Assembly (NCBI GenBank): GCA_016872015.1
Contig: VHBK01000001.1
Location: 38,235-102,234, forward strand
Source: Nitrososphaerota archaeon
GTDB taxonomy: Archaea; Thermoproteota; Nitrososphaeria; Nitrososphaerales; Nitrosopumilaceae
Length of the DNA stretch: 64,000 nucleotides
Direction of reading: 5' to 3'
The translations under genes were made by a program, and so were the position numbers. A model generated the notes under the pieces. It was not told the DNA's origin and ran no database searches. It worked only from the letters and a program-made list of their open reading frames with translations. Positions 38,604 to 47,647 of the stretch are shown one piece after another (within the stretch, counting starts at the first letter, position 1; every line of letters begins with the position of its first letter).

Positions 38604-39071
38604 TCACCATATTACAATAAACAACAATCCCGTAACAACTCCGTACACTAGATGACCAATCAGACTTGTTATCATGGGGGTGTTTCCATCAGGATGCCTC
38701 CACGGTATTATTCCTGTAATTGGCTTGTGTATTGGAATTAGAGTGACTAGCCACAAAAATATTCCATAGGCGAGGCCTGCCAGAATAACACTTGATGCCG
38801 CAAGTGGAAATACGATCAGAGCCAAAGCAAAACCAATTCCGCCAAGGCCGCCATTTACAAAGTGCAACAAGAATATGCCCTTTACATGCAGCTCAGACTC
38901 TGCCAATCTGAAAAACTTTGTAGATAACACCTGATTTTCATGCCATTCCAAGACACCGCGTAATCCAAACCTCTTCCAAGCCGGGATCTCGATTACTGTC
39001 ATGACTAGCGTGGCGGCAAGACCTACCAATAATGAAAGAAAAAACGTATCAACGTTGGGATGAATATTCAT
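38604..39071 (-). CDS. Membrane protein (DUF2938/DUF6789-like)
   Basis: GLAATLVMT...LHFVNG...GHLVYG; start reset to ATG 39071. Confidence 0.7.
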   Translation of the reverse strand: MNIHPNVDTFFLSLLVGLAATLVMTVIEIPAWKRFGLRGVLEWHENQVLSTKFFRLAESELHVKGIFLLHFVNGGLGGIGFALALIVFPLAASSVILAGLAYGIFLWLVTLIPIHKPITGIIPWRHPDGNTPMITSLIGHLVYGVVTGLLFIVIW

Positions 39072-39193
39072 GAGGTTTGTTTCAGTTAGTGATCTGCGTT
39101 TTTGAATTATTAACCAAGGCAACCGGCTTATCATAGTGCTAACACGCAAATCCGTCCACTCTTCTTTATAGGGAAAAAAAGACAATATTCCCC

Positions 39194-39292
39194 ATGAAAC
39201 AAACCTGTAAAGAATGCGGCATTGAATATGAATACAGGTCAAGCCCGTATTGTTCTTCCAAGTGTTTTGCAAAATCACTGGGATTAGATTAA
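39194..39292 (+). CDS. 32-aa treble-clef-like Zn-finger microprotein
   Basis: MKQTCKECGIEYEYRSSPYCSSKCFAKSLGLD; TTTATA 24 nt upstream. Confidence 0.55.
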   Translation: MKQTCKECGIEYEYRSSPYCSSKCFAKSLGLD

Positions 39293-39301
39293 AACTAATT
39301 T

Positions 39302-39514
39302 TTGGCAAAAAAGTTCAGTATGCGAGTACATCTACGCGCGTTATATTGCAGACACGACTTGCTAGTTGACGAGATGATAAGGCGAGGATACAACCATAAC
39401 AGTATCTTGGATAAAAGACTGGCAAGTGGCGCTACAATACAAAATGATTTTGTTAATTCCTATCAAGAACAAATCAAAATTCTAAGACAGAAAAATTGTG
39501 CATGCAAGGTCTGA
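39302..39514 (+). pseudogene. C-terminal half of a pyrimidine-dimer DNA glycosylase (endonuclease V-like) family gene
   Basis: LRALYCRHDLLVDEMIRRGYNHNS.LDKRLA...KNCAC; N-terminal GEHRELH region not found in any frame upstream. Confidence 0.6.
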
Positions 39515-39558
39515 GCATCTAAAAGACTACATATACCCTAAACAAATATCTCCATCAA

Positions 39559-40584
39559 ATGAAGACTGCGTCAGTAAAAGGACCTTCTCTTGTTGATGTT
39601 ACAGAAACAACAAAACCGACTGTGGGCCCTGGCGACATTTTAGTAAAAATGCAATCTTGCGGAATTTGTGGCTCTGATGTAGAAAAAGTATTTGGAAAAT
39701 ATGGCCAACCGTCAATGAGACTTGGACACGAGCCAGCAGGAGTAATAGTTGAAGTCGGCTCCAATGTCAAGGATTTCAAAAAAGGCGACCGAGTCTTTAC
39801 ACATCACCACGTACCGTGTTATTCATGTCACTTGTGCAATCATGGAAATGAAACCATGTGCCCAAAATATTATGAGACTAATCTGTCTCCATGTGGATTA
39901 TCAGAAGAATATGTAGTTCCAGAATGGAATGTATCTCATGGTGGAGTGCTGAAAATTCCAGATTCCATGTCATTTGATGAGGCAGCATTGATAGAGCCCC
40001 TGGCATGCTGTATTAGGTCTTGGAACAAGTTCGAGTCCCAAAAAGGTGACACTGCAGCAATCTTTGGTGCAGGACCGACTGGCATGATGCATGTAATGCT
40101 TGCACAGGCGCAAGAATTCTCCAAAGTATTTGCGCTAGACCTAAATGACTTTAGGCTAGAATATGCAAAATCAAACGGCGCAATTCCTCTAAAGTCCGGC
40201 ACACCTCAATCTATTCAGAGAATCCTGGAAGAGACGACAAACCAAGGAGTCGACGTATCTATTGTGGCAACAGGCGCACTGTCAGCAGTAACTGATGCCA
40301 TAGCGCTGACAAGAAAGGGCGGCACAATAGTCATGTTTGGCGTCCCATCAAAGAGCGCAACACTAAATGTAGACATGAGTGTGATTTACTCTAAAGAACT
40401 GACACTGGTTACAAGCTATGCGGCATCCGACCGGGACACAAAGCAAGCACTAGATCTAATTTCTTCAGGCAAAGTCCCTGCAAAAAAACTGATCACACAT
40501 CGATATACATTGGCAGAATCACAAAAGGCATTTGAGCATGCACACACTGGCCACAACGCAATGAAGATAGTAATAAACGGCTGA
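39559..40584 (+). CDS. Zn-dependent alcohol dehydrogenase (sorbitol/threonine DH-like)
   Basis: CGICGSD, GHE, CYSCHLC..C, GAGPTG. Confidence 0.93.
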   Translation: MKTASVKGPSLVDVTETTKPTVGPGDILVKMQSCGICGSDVEKVFGKYGQPSMRLGHEPAGVIVEVGSNVKDFKKGDRVFTHHHVPCYSCHLCNHGNETMCPKYYETNLSPCGLSEEYVVPEWNVSHGGVLKIPDSMSFDEAALIEPLACCIRSWNKFESQKGDTAAIFGAGPTGMMHVMLAQAQEFSKVFALDLNDFRLEYAKSNGAIPLKSGTPQSIQRILEETTNQGVDVSIVATGALSAVTDAIALTRKGGTIVMFGVPSKSATLNVDMSVIYSKELTLVTSYAASDRDTKQALDLISSGKVPAKKLITHRYTLAESQKAFEHAHTGHNAMKIVING

Positions 40585-40627
40585 GGAAAAGATTAAGAAG
40601 GGTCTGAATAGGTCGGTTTTTGCAGAT

Positions 40628-41827
40628 ATGGATTACGGACTAAAAAGCAGAATAGCAAGCATTCTGAAGCCAAACAACGGTAGAGGAGTAATGCTTGCAG
40701 TAGATCACGGTTATTTTCTTGGACCAACAGAAAAACTCGAAGTACCAAAAAGAACAATTTCTCCAATTGTGAGGTATTGTGACTCTTTGATGGTAACAAG
40801 AGGAGTAGTTAGAAGCTCAGTTGATCCAAATTTCCCAGTGCCAATTGTACTTCGAGTTTCAGGCGGCGCAAGCATCATTGGCGAAGACTTGTCCAATGAG
40901 GAAATCACAACTAGCATCAAAGATGCAATTAGAATTAATGCAACCGCAGTAACAATGTCTATCTTTGTAGGTGCAAAATATGAGCACAAATCCCTAGTCG
41001 GCCTAGGACACCTAGTAAACGAGGCAGAAGAATACGGCTTGCCGGTACTAGCTGTTACCGCAGTAGGAAAAGAACTAGCAAAGCGAGACGCAAGATACCT
41101 ATCATTATCATGCAGAATTGCAGCTGAATTTGGCGCACACATGGTAAAGACATACTATTGCGATGACTTTCAAAAAGTAGTCAACTCTTGCCCAGTGCCA
41201 ATTATCGTAGCTGGCGGACCAAAACTCCCAGAGCGCGATGCATTAGCCCTGACGTACAATTCCATCAAGGCAGGCGCTGCAGGCGTAGACATGGGACGAA
41301 ACATTTGGCAATCACAACACCCAGTAGCAATGATTAGGGCAGTACGAGCCATAGTCCACTCTAATTACAACTTGGACCAAGCATACAAGCTGTTCCAACA
41401 ACTAGCAAAGGGGCAACCAATACCACAAAACAGAGGCAACTTTAATCCAAACCAAAATCAAAACAGACCACAACAAAACAGGCCAAATCCGCAAGGAAAC
41501 AGACAAAACCAAAACAGAAACCAGCAAAGACGTCCACAACAAAACAGACCAAACAACCAAAACCGACCAAACCAAAAACCAGGACAACCAAATCAATCTA
41601 AACCAAATCAAAAACCAAACCAAGGCAAACCACAAAATCAAAACCGTCCTCAAAACAAACCACAACAAAAGCCAAACCAAACAAAACCAGCACAACAAAC
41701 AAAACCAGCACAACAACCAAAGCCAGCACAACAACCAAAGCCAGCACAACAACCAAAGCCAGCACAACAACCAAAGCCAGCCGCACAGCCAGCAACTCCG
41801 GCACCAGCAGCTCCAAAACCACAATAA
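40628..41827 (+). CDS. LsrF/DhnA-type class I aldolase with a Q/N/P/K-rich disordered tail
   Basis: LAVDHG, AAEFGAHMVKTYY, AGG, DMGRNIWQ; low-complexity C-terminal about 135 aa. Confidence 0.9.
   Translation: MDYGLKSRIASILKPNNGRGVMLAVDHGYFLGPTEKLEVPKRTISPIVRYCDSLMVTRGVVRSSVDPNFPVPIVLRVSGGASIIGEDLSNEEITTSIKDAIRINATAVTMSIFVGAKYEHKSLVGLGHLVNEAEEYGLPVLAVTAVGKELAKRDARYLSLSCRIAAEFGAHMVKTYYCDDFQKVVNSCPVPIIVAGGPKLPERDALALTYNSIKAGAAGVDMGRNIWQSQHPVAMIRAVRAIVHSNYNLDQAYKLFQQLAKGQPIPQNRGNFNPNQNQNRPQQNRPNPQGNRQNQNRNQQRRPQQNRPNNQNRPNQKPGQPNQSKPNQKPNQGKPQNQNRPQNKPQQKPNQTKPAQQTKPAQQPKPAQQPKPAQQPKPAQQPKPAAQPATPAPAAPKPQ
41681..41779 (+). repeat. 18-bp coding tandem repeat, 5.5 units of (T/P)KPAQQ
   Basis: ACAAAACCAGCACAACAA x2, CCAAAGCCAGCACAACAA x3, plus a partial unit. 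Confidence 0.95.
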
Positions 41828-41838
41828 AATTTTCTATT

Positions 41839-42240
41839 CTAAGAAATTTTTGATAGATGAATGTGAGCTATCTTCCAGCTCTCCTTTTTGACTAGGACAA
41901 AGGTAGCTCGTCCCTGAATCTCCATAAACTCGCCAGTGTACGCCTTGGTGTCTACTAGCATTCCTTTCTGTGTCAGCTCAAATGCCACCACTGCGACATC
42001 TCCAAAGATGCTAATCTTTGGATTCCTAATGGAATAATCGTAATCTGATATTGAGACAAATCGCAGCTCTTCTAATTCGACTGATGTCTTGTAGTCTTTG
42101 AGGTCATATGGGGGCAAGTCAGAAAACGAAGAAAACGCAGGATCATCTAGCTGAATTTCTCGCAACGGTGTGAGGTCTTTTGTTTTGCCTGCCTCAAAGA
42201 ATGTCTCTATTGTTTTGATAATGTCTTCTCTGTCTGTCAA
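41839..42240 (-). CDS. NTF2/SnoaL-like (DUF4440) protein
   Basis: IFGDVAVV...GRATFVLVK...WKIAHIHLS. Confidence 0.85.
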   Translation of the reverse strand: MTDREDIIKTIETFFEAGKTKDLTPLREIQLDDPAFSSFSDLPPYDLKDYKTSVELEELRFVSISDYDYSIRNPKISIFGDVAVVAFELTQKGMLVDTKAYTGEFMEIQGRATFVLVKKESWKIAHIHLSKIS

Positions 42241-42339
42241 GTGATTTTTTTGAGCCTGAGTCAGAGTTTAAGCCTTGGGATTTGGCTGTGTTGTGCCAAG
42301 CAATCTTTATAAGAATAATTTCGCTGTATCACTTTGAAT

Positions 42340-42396
42340 ATGTCACATAGCTTGACAGCACCATTTGTAGGACTGCTAGTCGAGCTGGTGCTGTAA
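42340..42396 (+). promoter_or_regulatory. Putative ilv leader peptide (18 aa) / attenuator
   Basis: MSHSLTAPFVGLLVELVL; TATA TTTATAAG 42306-13; alternative hairpins overlapping the ilvB SD. Confidence 0.6.
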
Positions 42397-42432
42397 ATTT
42401 ATACTACAGCGCGCATTTGTGGTGAATAAATC

Positions 42433-44121
42433 ATGGAAAAAATTTCAGGCGCAAGATCATTAATCAAAGCATTAGAAAAACAAGGAGTAAAAGAAATCTT
42501 CGGGCTACCGGGAGGTGCAAACCTTCCAATGTATGATGAGCTCTACAAGAGCAACATTAGACACATTCTAGTTAGACACGAACAGTCAGCTGCGCACATG
42601 GCAGACGGATTTGGCAGAGTTTCAAGACGTGCAGGTGTGTGCTTTGCAACATCTGGTCCTGGAGCTACTAACATTGTAACTGGTCTTGCAACTGCAAATG
42701 CAGACTCGGCACCAATGGTGGCAATAACAGGACAGGTACCAACCGCAATGATTGGCAGAGACGCATTTCAGGAAAGCGACATTATTGGAATAGCAAACCC
42801 AGTTGTGAAATATTCATTCCAGCCAACCAAGGCAACTGACATTCCAGAAGTAGTCAAAAAAGGATTTTACATTGCAGAGACGGGCAGGCCTGGCGCAGTA
42901 CTAATCGATATTCCTAAAGATGTTCAGACAAACGAAGCAGAGATGTCATTCCCAGAGGAAGTCAAAATCCGTGGATATCATCCATGGACTGATCCTGACG
43001 TTGTAGCAATAGAAAAAGCAATCAAGTTGTTGTTATCATCCACAAGACCTGTCATCCTAGCTGGTGGCGGTGTCATAATATCGTCGGCATTTGCGGAATT
43101 GCAGTCACTAGCTGAAATGCTAATGATTCCAGTGGTGTCTACATTCAAGGGCAAGGGGGCGTTTCCGGAAAACCATGCATTGTCCCTAGGTCCAATAGGC
43201 ATGCACGGACACGCAGAGGCAAACAAGATAATGTCCGAAGCGGATTGTGTGCTTGCTATTGGAACTCGCTTCTCTGACAGATCAGTTGGAACTTTTGCTG
43301 AATTTGAAAAGAATCTCAAAATCATACACCTAGATGTCGACCCAGCAGAAATTGGCAAAAACCAAACAACAAGTGTTGCCATAGTTGGCGATGTCAAAGC
43401 ATCATTGAGAATATTTGTTAAATTACTAATGCAAAAAGCGTTCAAAAAGACAGAAGAAAATGAATGGCTCAAGCACGTAAGCGAAGTAAAGCAATACTGG
43501 CACGATAATCTCAAGATACCTCAAGGAGAATTGACTGCAGCTAGAATAATGCGTAAATTGCGTGAGGTAATGCCTGCACAATCCATTGTAACAACAGAGG
43601 TAGGCCAGCACCAAATGTGGGCATCATTATTCTATGATGTGATATCTCCTGGAACTTTCTTTAGCTCAACTGGCCTAGGTACCATGGGTTGGGGATTCCC
43701 AGCAGCAATTGGTGCAAAGGCAGCTCGACCAGACTTGCCAGTAGTGGACATTGCAGGCGATGGAAGCTTTAACATGACAGAAAACTCGCTAGCTACATCG
43801 GTTCTAGATAACTTACCAGTGATTGTATTTTTAGTAAACAACTACACCCTAGGAATGGTTGCACAGTGGCAGAGAACATTCTATGACAGAAGAATGATTG
43901 GCGTTGACCAAAAAAGATGCCCAGACTATTGCAAGCTAGCAGAATCGTACGGCGCACAGGGAATTCGAGTGGGCGACCTAAACGAGCTAGGCCAAGCAAT
44001 CAAAGCGGGACTAAAGTCAGATGTTGCAACAGTAATTGACATTCCAATCGACCCAGAAGAAGACGTATTGCCGTTTGTAGCGCCAGGCACGTCACTTAAG
44101 GACATGATCCTACCATCATAG
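42433..44121 (+). CDS. ilvB: Acetolactate synthase large subunit
   Basis: LVRHEQ, ATSGPGATN, GQHQMW, GDGSF, SD GGTGA upstream. Confidence 0.97.
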   Translation: MEKISGARSLIKALEKQGVKEIFGLPGGANLPMYDELYKSNIRHILVRHEQSAAHMADGFGRVSRRAGVCFATSGPGATNIVTGLATANADSAPMVAITGQVPTAMIGRDAFQESDIIGIANPVVKYSFQPTKATDIPEVVKKGFYIAETGRPGAVLIDIPKDVQTNEAEMSFPEEVKIRGYHPWTDPDVVAIEKAIKLLLSSTRPVILAGGGVIISSAFAELQSLAEMLMIPVVSTFKGKGAFPENHALSLGPIGMHGHAEANKIMSEADCVLAIGTRFSDRSVGTFAEFEKNLKIIHLDVDPAEIGKNQTTSVAIVGDVKASLRIFVKLLMQKAFKKTEENEWLKHVSEVKQYWHDNLKIPQGELTAARIMRKLREVMPAQSIVTTEVGQHQMWASLFYDVISPGTFFSSTGLGTMGWGFPAAIGAKAARPDLPVVDIAGDGSFNMTENSLATSVLDNLPVIVFLVNNYTLGMVAQWQRTFYDRRMIGVDQKRCPDYCKLAESYGAQGIRVGDLNELGQAIKAGLKSDVATVIDIPIDPEEDVLPFVAPGTSLKDMILPS

Positions 44122-44130
44122 GTGTGTAAA

Positions 44131-44616
44131 ATGGTGTGGGCAATACTCTCAATTCTAGTAGAAAACAAACCTGGAATACTATTCAAGGTGACTCATTTGT
44201 TTCGCTCTAGAAACTTTAACATTGATTCAATCTCTGTAGGGGTGACTGAAAATCCGGAGCTTTCCAAGATGACAATTACCACAATAGGCGATGAAAAGCA
44301 GATTGGGCAAATTGTAAAGCAGCTAGACAAAATGATTGACACAATAGAGGTAAAGCGACTAGACGACAAAAAAACAGTATTCAGGGAGTTGTCGTTGTTT
44401 AGAGTCAAAGTATCCAAGCCGTCGGATTCCATGGAAATCAACAATATAGCAAACTCGTTTGGCGCCAAGGCTCACGATGCAAGAAAGGACTCTATCATGG
44501 TGGAACTCACTGCCACGCCTGAGCAGATCAACAATCTTCAAGAGCTACTTGCTCCATATGGTATACTAGACATTGCAAGAACTGGCGTTGCTGCACTACA
44601 AAGGGGCGGGGACTGA
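44131..44616 (+). CDS. ilvH: Acetolactate synthase small (regulatory) subunit
   Basis: LVENKPGIL..VTHLF..RNFNIDSISVG ACT domain. Confidence 0.95.
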   Translation: MVWAILSILVENKPGILFKVTHLFRSRNFNIDSISVGVTENPELSKMTITTIGDEKQIGQIVKQLDKMIDTIEVKRLDDKKTVFRELSLFRVKVSKPSDSMEINNIANSFGAKAHDARKDSIMVELTATPEQINNLQELLAPYGILDIARTGVAALQRGGD

Positions 44617-46133
44617 TGCGAGTTAGAATATTTGATACCACACTACGAGACGGAGAGCAAACCCCGGGAGTAGCATTATCTCCAGAAAAAAAGCTAGCAA
44701 TAGCAAAAAGACTAGATGAATTAGGAGTGGACGCAATAGAAGCAGGCTTTCCAGTGATATCAGAAGGAGAACAACAAGGAATCAAGCTAATTACTAAAGC
44801 AGGACTACGCGCAGAGATTTGCGGCCTAGCTAGGACCAACAAAAAGGATATCGATGCAGCAATTGATTGCGGCCTAAAGTACATTCACACATTCATTGCA
44901 ACATCTGACATTCACTTACAATACAAGCTAAAGATGAGCCGCGAGCAGGCGCTAGCAAAGGCAATCGAGGCAGTAGAATATGGCAAGTCACACGGATTAC
45001 AGGTAGAGTTTTCAGCAGAAGATGCCACAAGAACAGACCGTGCATTTCTAAAGCATGTCTTTGGCGAAGTAGCTAAAGCAGGTGCAGACAGAATAGACAT
45101 TCCCGATACTGTGGGTTATTCGACACCACAATACATTGCAGAAATTACCAGAGATGCAATTGACGCAACCAAGCTACCAGTATCAGTCCACTGCCACAAT
45201 GACTTTGGCCTGGCAGTTGCAAATGCAATATCTGGCGTACAGGCAGGTGCTGCATGTGCACATGTAACAATTAACGGAATTGGCGAGCGGGCGGGAAATG
45301 CATCGCTTGAGGAATTTGTAATGGCGTTGCAATGTTTACAGTTTGGTGATCAGAAATGGGAAACTGGAATCAACACCAAGCTACTATACGAGACTTCAAA
45401 ATTTGTATCAAACCTAGTTGGAATCAAGGTCCAGCCAAACAAAGCTATAGTTGGCGAGAATGCATTTGGCCACGAATCTGGAATCCACACACACGGTATA
45501 CTAAACAATCCATTGACATACGAGCCAATCAGTCCGGAACTAGTCGGCAGAACTCGCTGGCTCCAAGTTGGCAAGCACGCAGGAATTCACGGAGTTTCTG
45601 CAATGCTAGAAGAATATGGAGTCAAGCCAAACGAGGACCAACTAAAGCAGATCCTAGACAAAGTCAAAGCAATCGGTGACCAAGGAAAGCAGGTAACCGA
45701 AGTGGAGCTAGTATCAATTGCAAATGAAATTCTATCAGAGCATCCAATCAAAAGAATTGTTCAGCTTGCTGGCTTTTCAGTTTCTACGGGTATTGGTACA
45801 ATGCCATATGCGTTTGTCAAGCTAAACATTGACGGTGTTGATTACAGTGGAACCGACTTTGGGGTAGGTCCAGTCGATGCGGCAATCAATGCCATTCAGA
45901 AAACCACCGGAGAAATAGCAAAGGTCCGAGTAAAAGAATACAAACTGGATTCCATTTCTGGCGGAGCAGACGCACTATGTGAGGTTACAATAAAGGTAGA
46001 GGATGCATATGGGAATGTCGCGTCTGCCAAATCAATTGGCGAGGATATCGTCACAACAAGCGTCCAGGCAGTAATAGAAGGAATAAACCGAATCATGTTC
46101 AAAAACACACTAAAGCAGAAAAAACTGGGTTAG
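44616..46133 (+). CDS. leuA: 2-isopropylmalate synthase / citramalate synthase family
   Basis: DTTLRDGEQ, HCHNDFG, GIGERAGN, C-terminal regulatory domain; leuA vs cimA not resolved. Confidence 0.9.
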   Translation: MRVRIFDTTLRDGEQTPGVALSPEKKLAIAKRLDELGVDAIEAGFPVISEGEQQGIKLITKAGLRAEICGLARTNKKDIDAAIDCGLKYIHTFIATSDIHLQYKLKMSREQALAKAIEAVEYGKSHGLQVEFSAEDATRTDRAFLKHVFGEVAKAGADRIDIPDTVGYSTPQYIAEITRDAIDATKLPVSVHCHNDFGLAVANAISGVQAGAACAHVTINGIGERAGNASLEEFVMALQCLQFGDQKWETGINTKLLYETSKFVSNLVGIKVQPNKAIVGENAFGHESGIHTHGILNNPLTYEPISPELVGRTRWLQVGKHAGIHGVSAMLEEYGVKPNEDQLKQILDKVKAIGDQGKQVTEVELVSIANEILSEHPIKRIVQLAGFSVSTGIGTMPYAFVKLNIDGVDYSGTDFGVGPVDAAINAIQKTTGEIAKVRVKEYKLDSISGGADALCEVTIKVEDAYGNVASAKSIGEDIVTTSVQAVIEGINRIMFKNTLKQKKLG

Positions 46134-46138
46134 CTAAC

Positions 46139-47152
46139 TTGTACAAGATTTCATTAATTACCGGAGACGGCATAGGGCCAGAATTATCCGAGTCTGTTGT
46201 CTCTGTGTTAAATACAATCCATGATAGATTAGATGTCAAGTTCGATGTTCAGAAATTACTAGCTGGAGATGTTGCACTAAAACAGTACGGAAAGGCATTA
46301 CCTGATCAAACACTAGATGCGATCAAAAAGTCTGATGTCTGCATGAAGGCACCGGTAGGTGAATCAGCTGCAGATGTAATCGTGGTATTGCGTAGAATGC
46401 TGGATTTGTATGCAAATATTCGGCCTGCAAAATCGTATCCTGGAATGAATGCACTAAAAGACGGAATAGACATGGTGATTGTTCGCGAAAACACCGAGGA
46501 CTTGTACACCGGGCAGGAGTTTGAGACGCCAGGCGCAGCGGTAGCATTTAGGATTATTTCGGAAAAGGCATCTGCAAAAATTGCAAAATATGCATTTGAG
46601 ACGGCAAAGCAGAGAAATGGCAAAAAGCGTGTCACATGTGTGCACAAATCAAATGTTATGAGAAAAACAGATGGCTTGTTTTCCAGAGTTTGTGCAGATG
46701 TTGCAAAATCATACTCGGATGTACAATTTGATCAAATGTATGTAGATGCATGCGCAATGAATCTAATTCGAAGACCTGAAACATTTGATGTCATAGTAAC
46801 TACGAATCTCTTTGGTGATATCTTATCTGACGAGTCATCTGAGGTAGTTGGTGGTTTGGGAATGGCACCAGCTGCAAATATCGGAGATAATTTTGCCTTG
46901 TTTGAGCCGGTTCATGGTGCGGCATTTGACATTGCTGGCAAAGGAATTGCAAACCCATCTTCGTTCATCTTGTCTGCAAAAATGATGCTAGAGTGGCTGG
47001 GTAAAAAACACAATGACTCTAAATGCTTTGAGGTTGCCAAAAAGCTGGAATCTGCTGTATATGGCGTTGTCAATAAAGGAATCAAGACTGTGGATATTGG
47101 CGGCACAAAAACTACTACGGAATTTACTAAAGAAATAGTTTCTTTGCTGTGA
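46139..47152 (+). CDS. leuB: 3-isopropylmalate/isocitrate dehydrogenase family
   Basis: GDGIGPE, RENTEDLY, NLFGDILSD, EPVHGAA; operon context. Confidence 0.88.
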   Translation: MYKISLITGDGIGPELSESVVSVLNTIHDRLDVKFDVQKLLAGDVALKQYGKALPDQTLDAIKKSDVCMKAPVGESAADVIVVLRRMLDLYANIRPAKSYPGMNALKDGIDMVIVRENTEDLYTGQEFETPGAAVAFRIISEKASAKIAKYAFETAKQRNGKKRVTCVHKSNVMRKTDGLFSRVCADVAKSYSDVQFDQMYVDACAMNLIRRPETFDVIVTTNLFGDILSDESSEVVGGLGMAPAANIGDNFALFEPVHGAAFDIAGKGIANPSSFILSAKMMLEWLGKKHNDSKCFEVAKKLESAVYGVVNKGIKTVDIGGTKTTTEFTKEIVSLL

Positions 47153-47176
47153 TTTGAATCCACGTGGATTCGAATC
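47151..47176. terminator. Palindrome at end of ilv-leu operon (possible terminator or operator)
   Basis: Perfect 16-bp GAATCCACGTGGATTC (47156-71), extendable to 26 nt. Confidence 0.35.
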
Positions 47177-47275
47177 GTAGTTTGTGGCATTTAGGGTCCA
47201 ATTCTGAGCAAAACCGTTTGACTATATCTGAAAAGTGTAAAGCCGCAACATTAGGATACGTATTCCTCAAGAAAT

Positions 47276-47443
47276 CTATGACTTGGAACTAATGTGATAT
47301 TCCAGAGTGCATTTGTTCTCATCGTTTTTTACCACAAGTGATATCTTGGAAGAATCATCGAAGTCAATCATCTGGACAATATTTTTTGGTATGAGTAGAT
47401 ATGTGCTTTGCTTTATTTTGATCGGCTCAATTGTTATTGTCAT
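47276..47443 (-). CDS. AbrB/SpoVT-like swapped-hairpin protein (55 aa), not in ORF track
   Basis: MTITIEPIKIKQSTYLLIPKNIVQMIDFDDSSKISLVVKNDENKCTLEYHISSKS. Confidence 0.6.
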   Translation of the reverse strand: MTITIEPIKIKQSTYLLIPKNIVQMIDFDDSSKISLVVKNDENKCTLEYHISSKS

Positions 47444-47647
47444 GGCATGAGGTTTAGTTTCTCCTTAGAAAAAACTTAGTTTGTTTGAAATGAAAAGATA
47501 ATTTTTAGGAAAAATAATCGAACGTTTTCTGAATTTTTTGCGCAACTTTAAATAATATATTTATGGCTATCATCTGTCGCCAAATGCAGAGCCGCAAAAT
47601 TCGCAGGTGCCCAATGGTAATGTAATGTGCTGGAAACTTAATTTGAT

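Noticed and set aside
41681-41779. 18-bp repeat as a CRISPR array
   Set aside because: No spacers, in-frame coding, no cas genes.
41402-41824. Antisense W/L/C-rich ORFs
   Set aside because: Shadow of the low-complexity aldolase tail (strand lacking stop codons).
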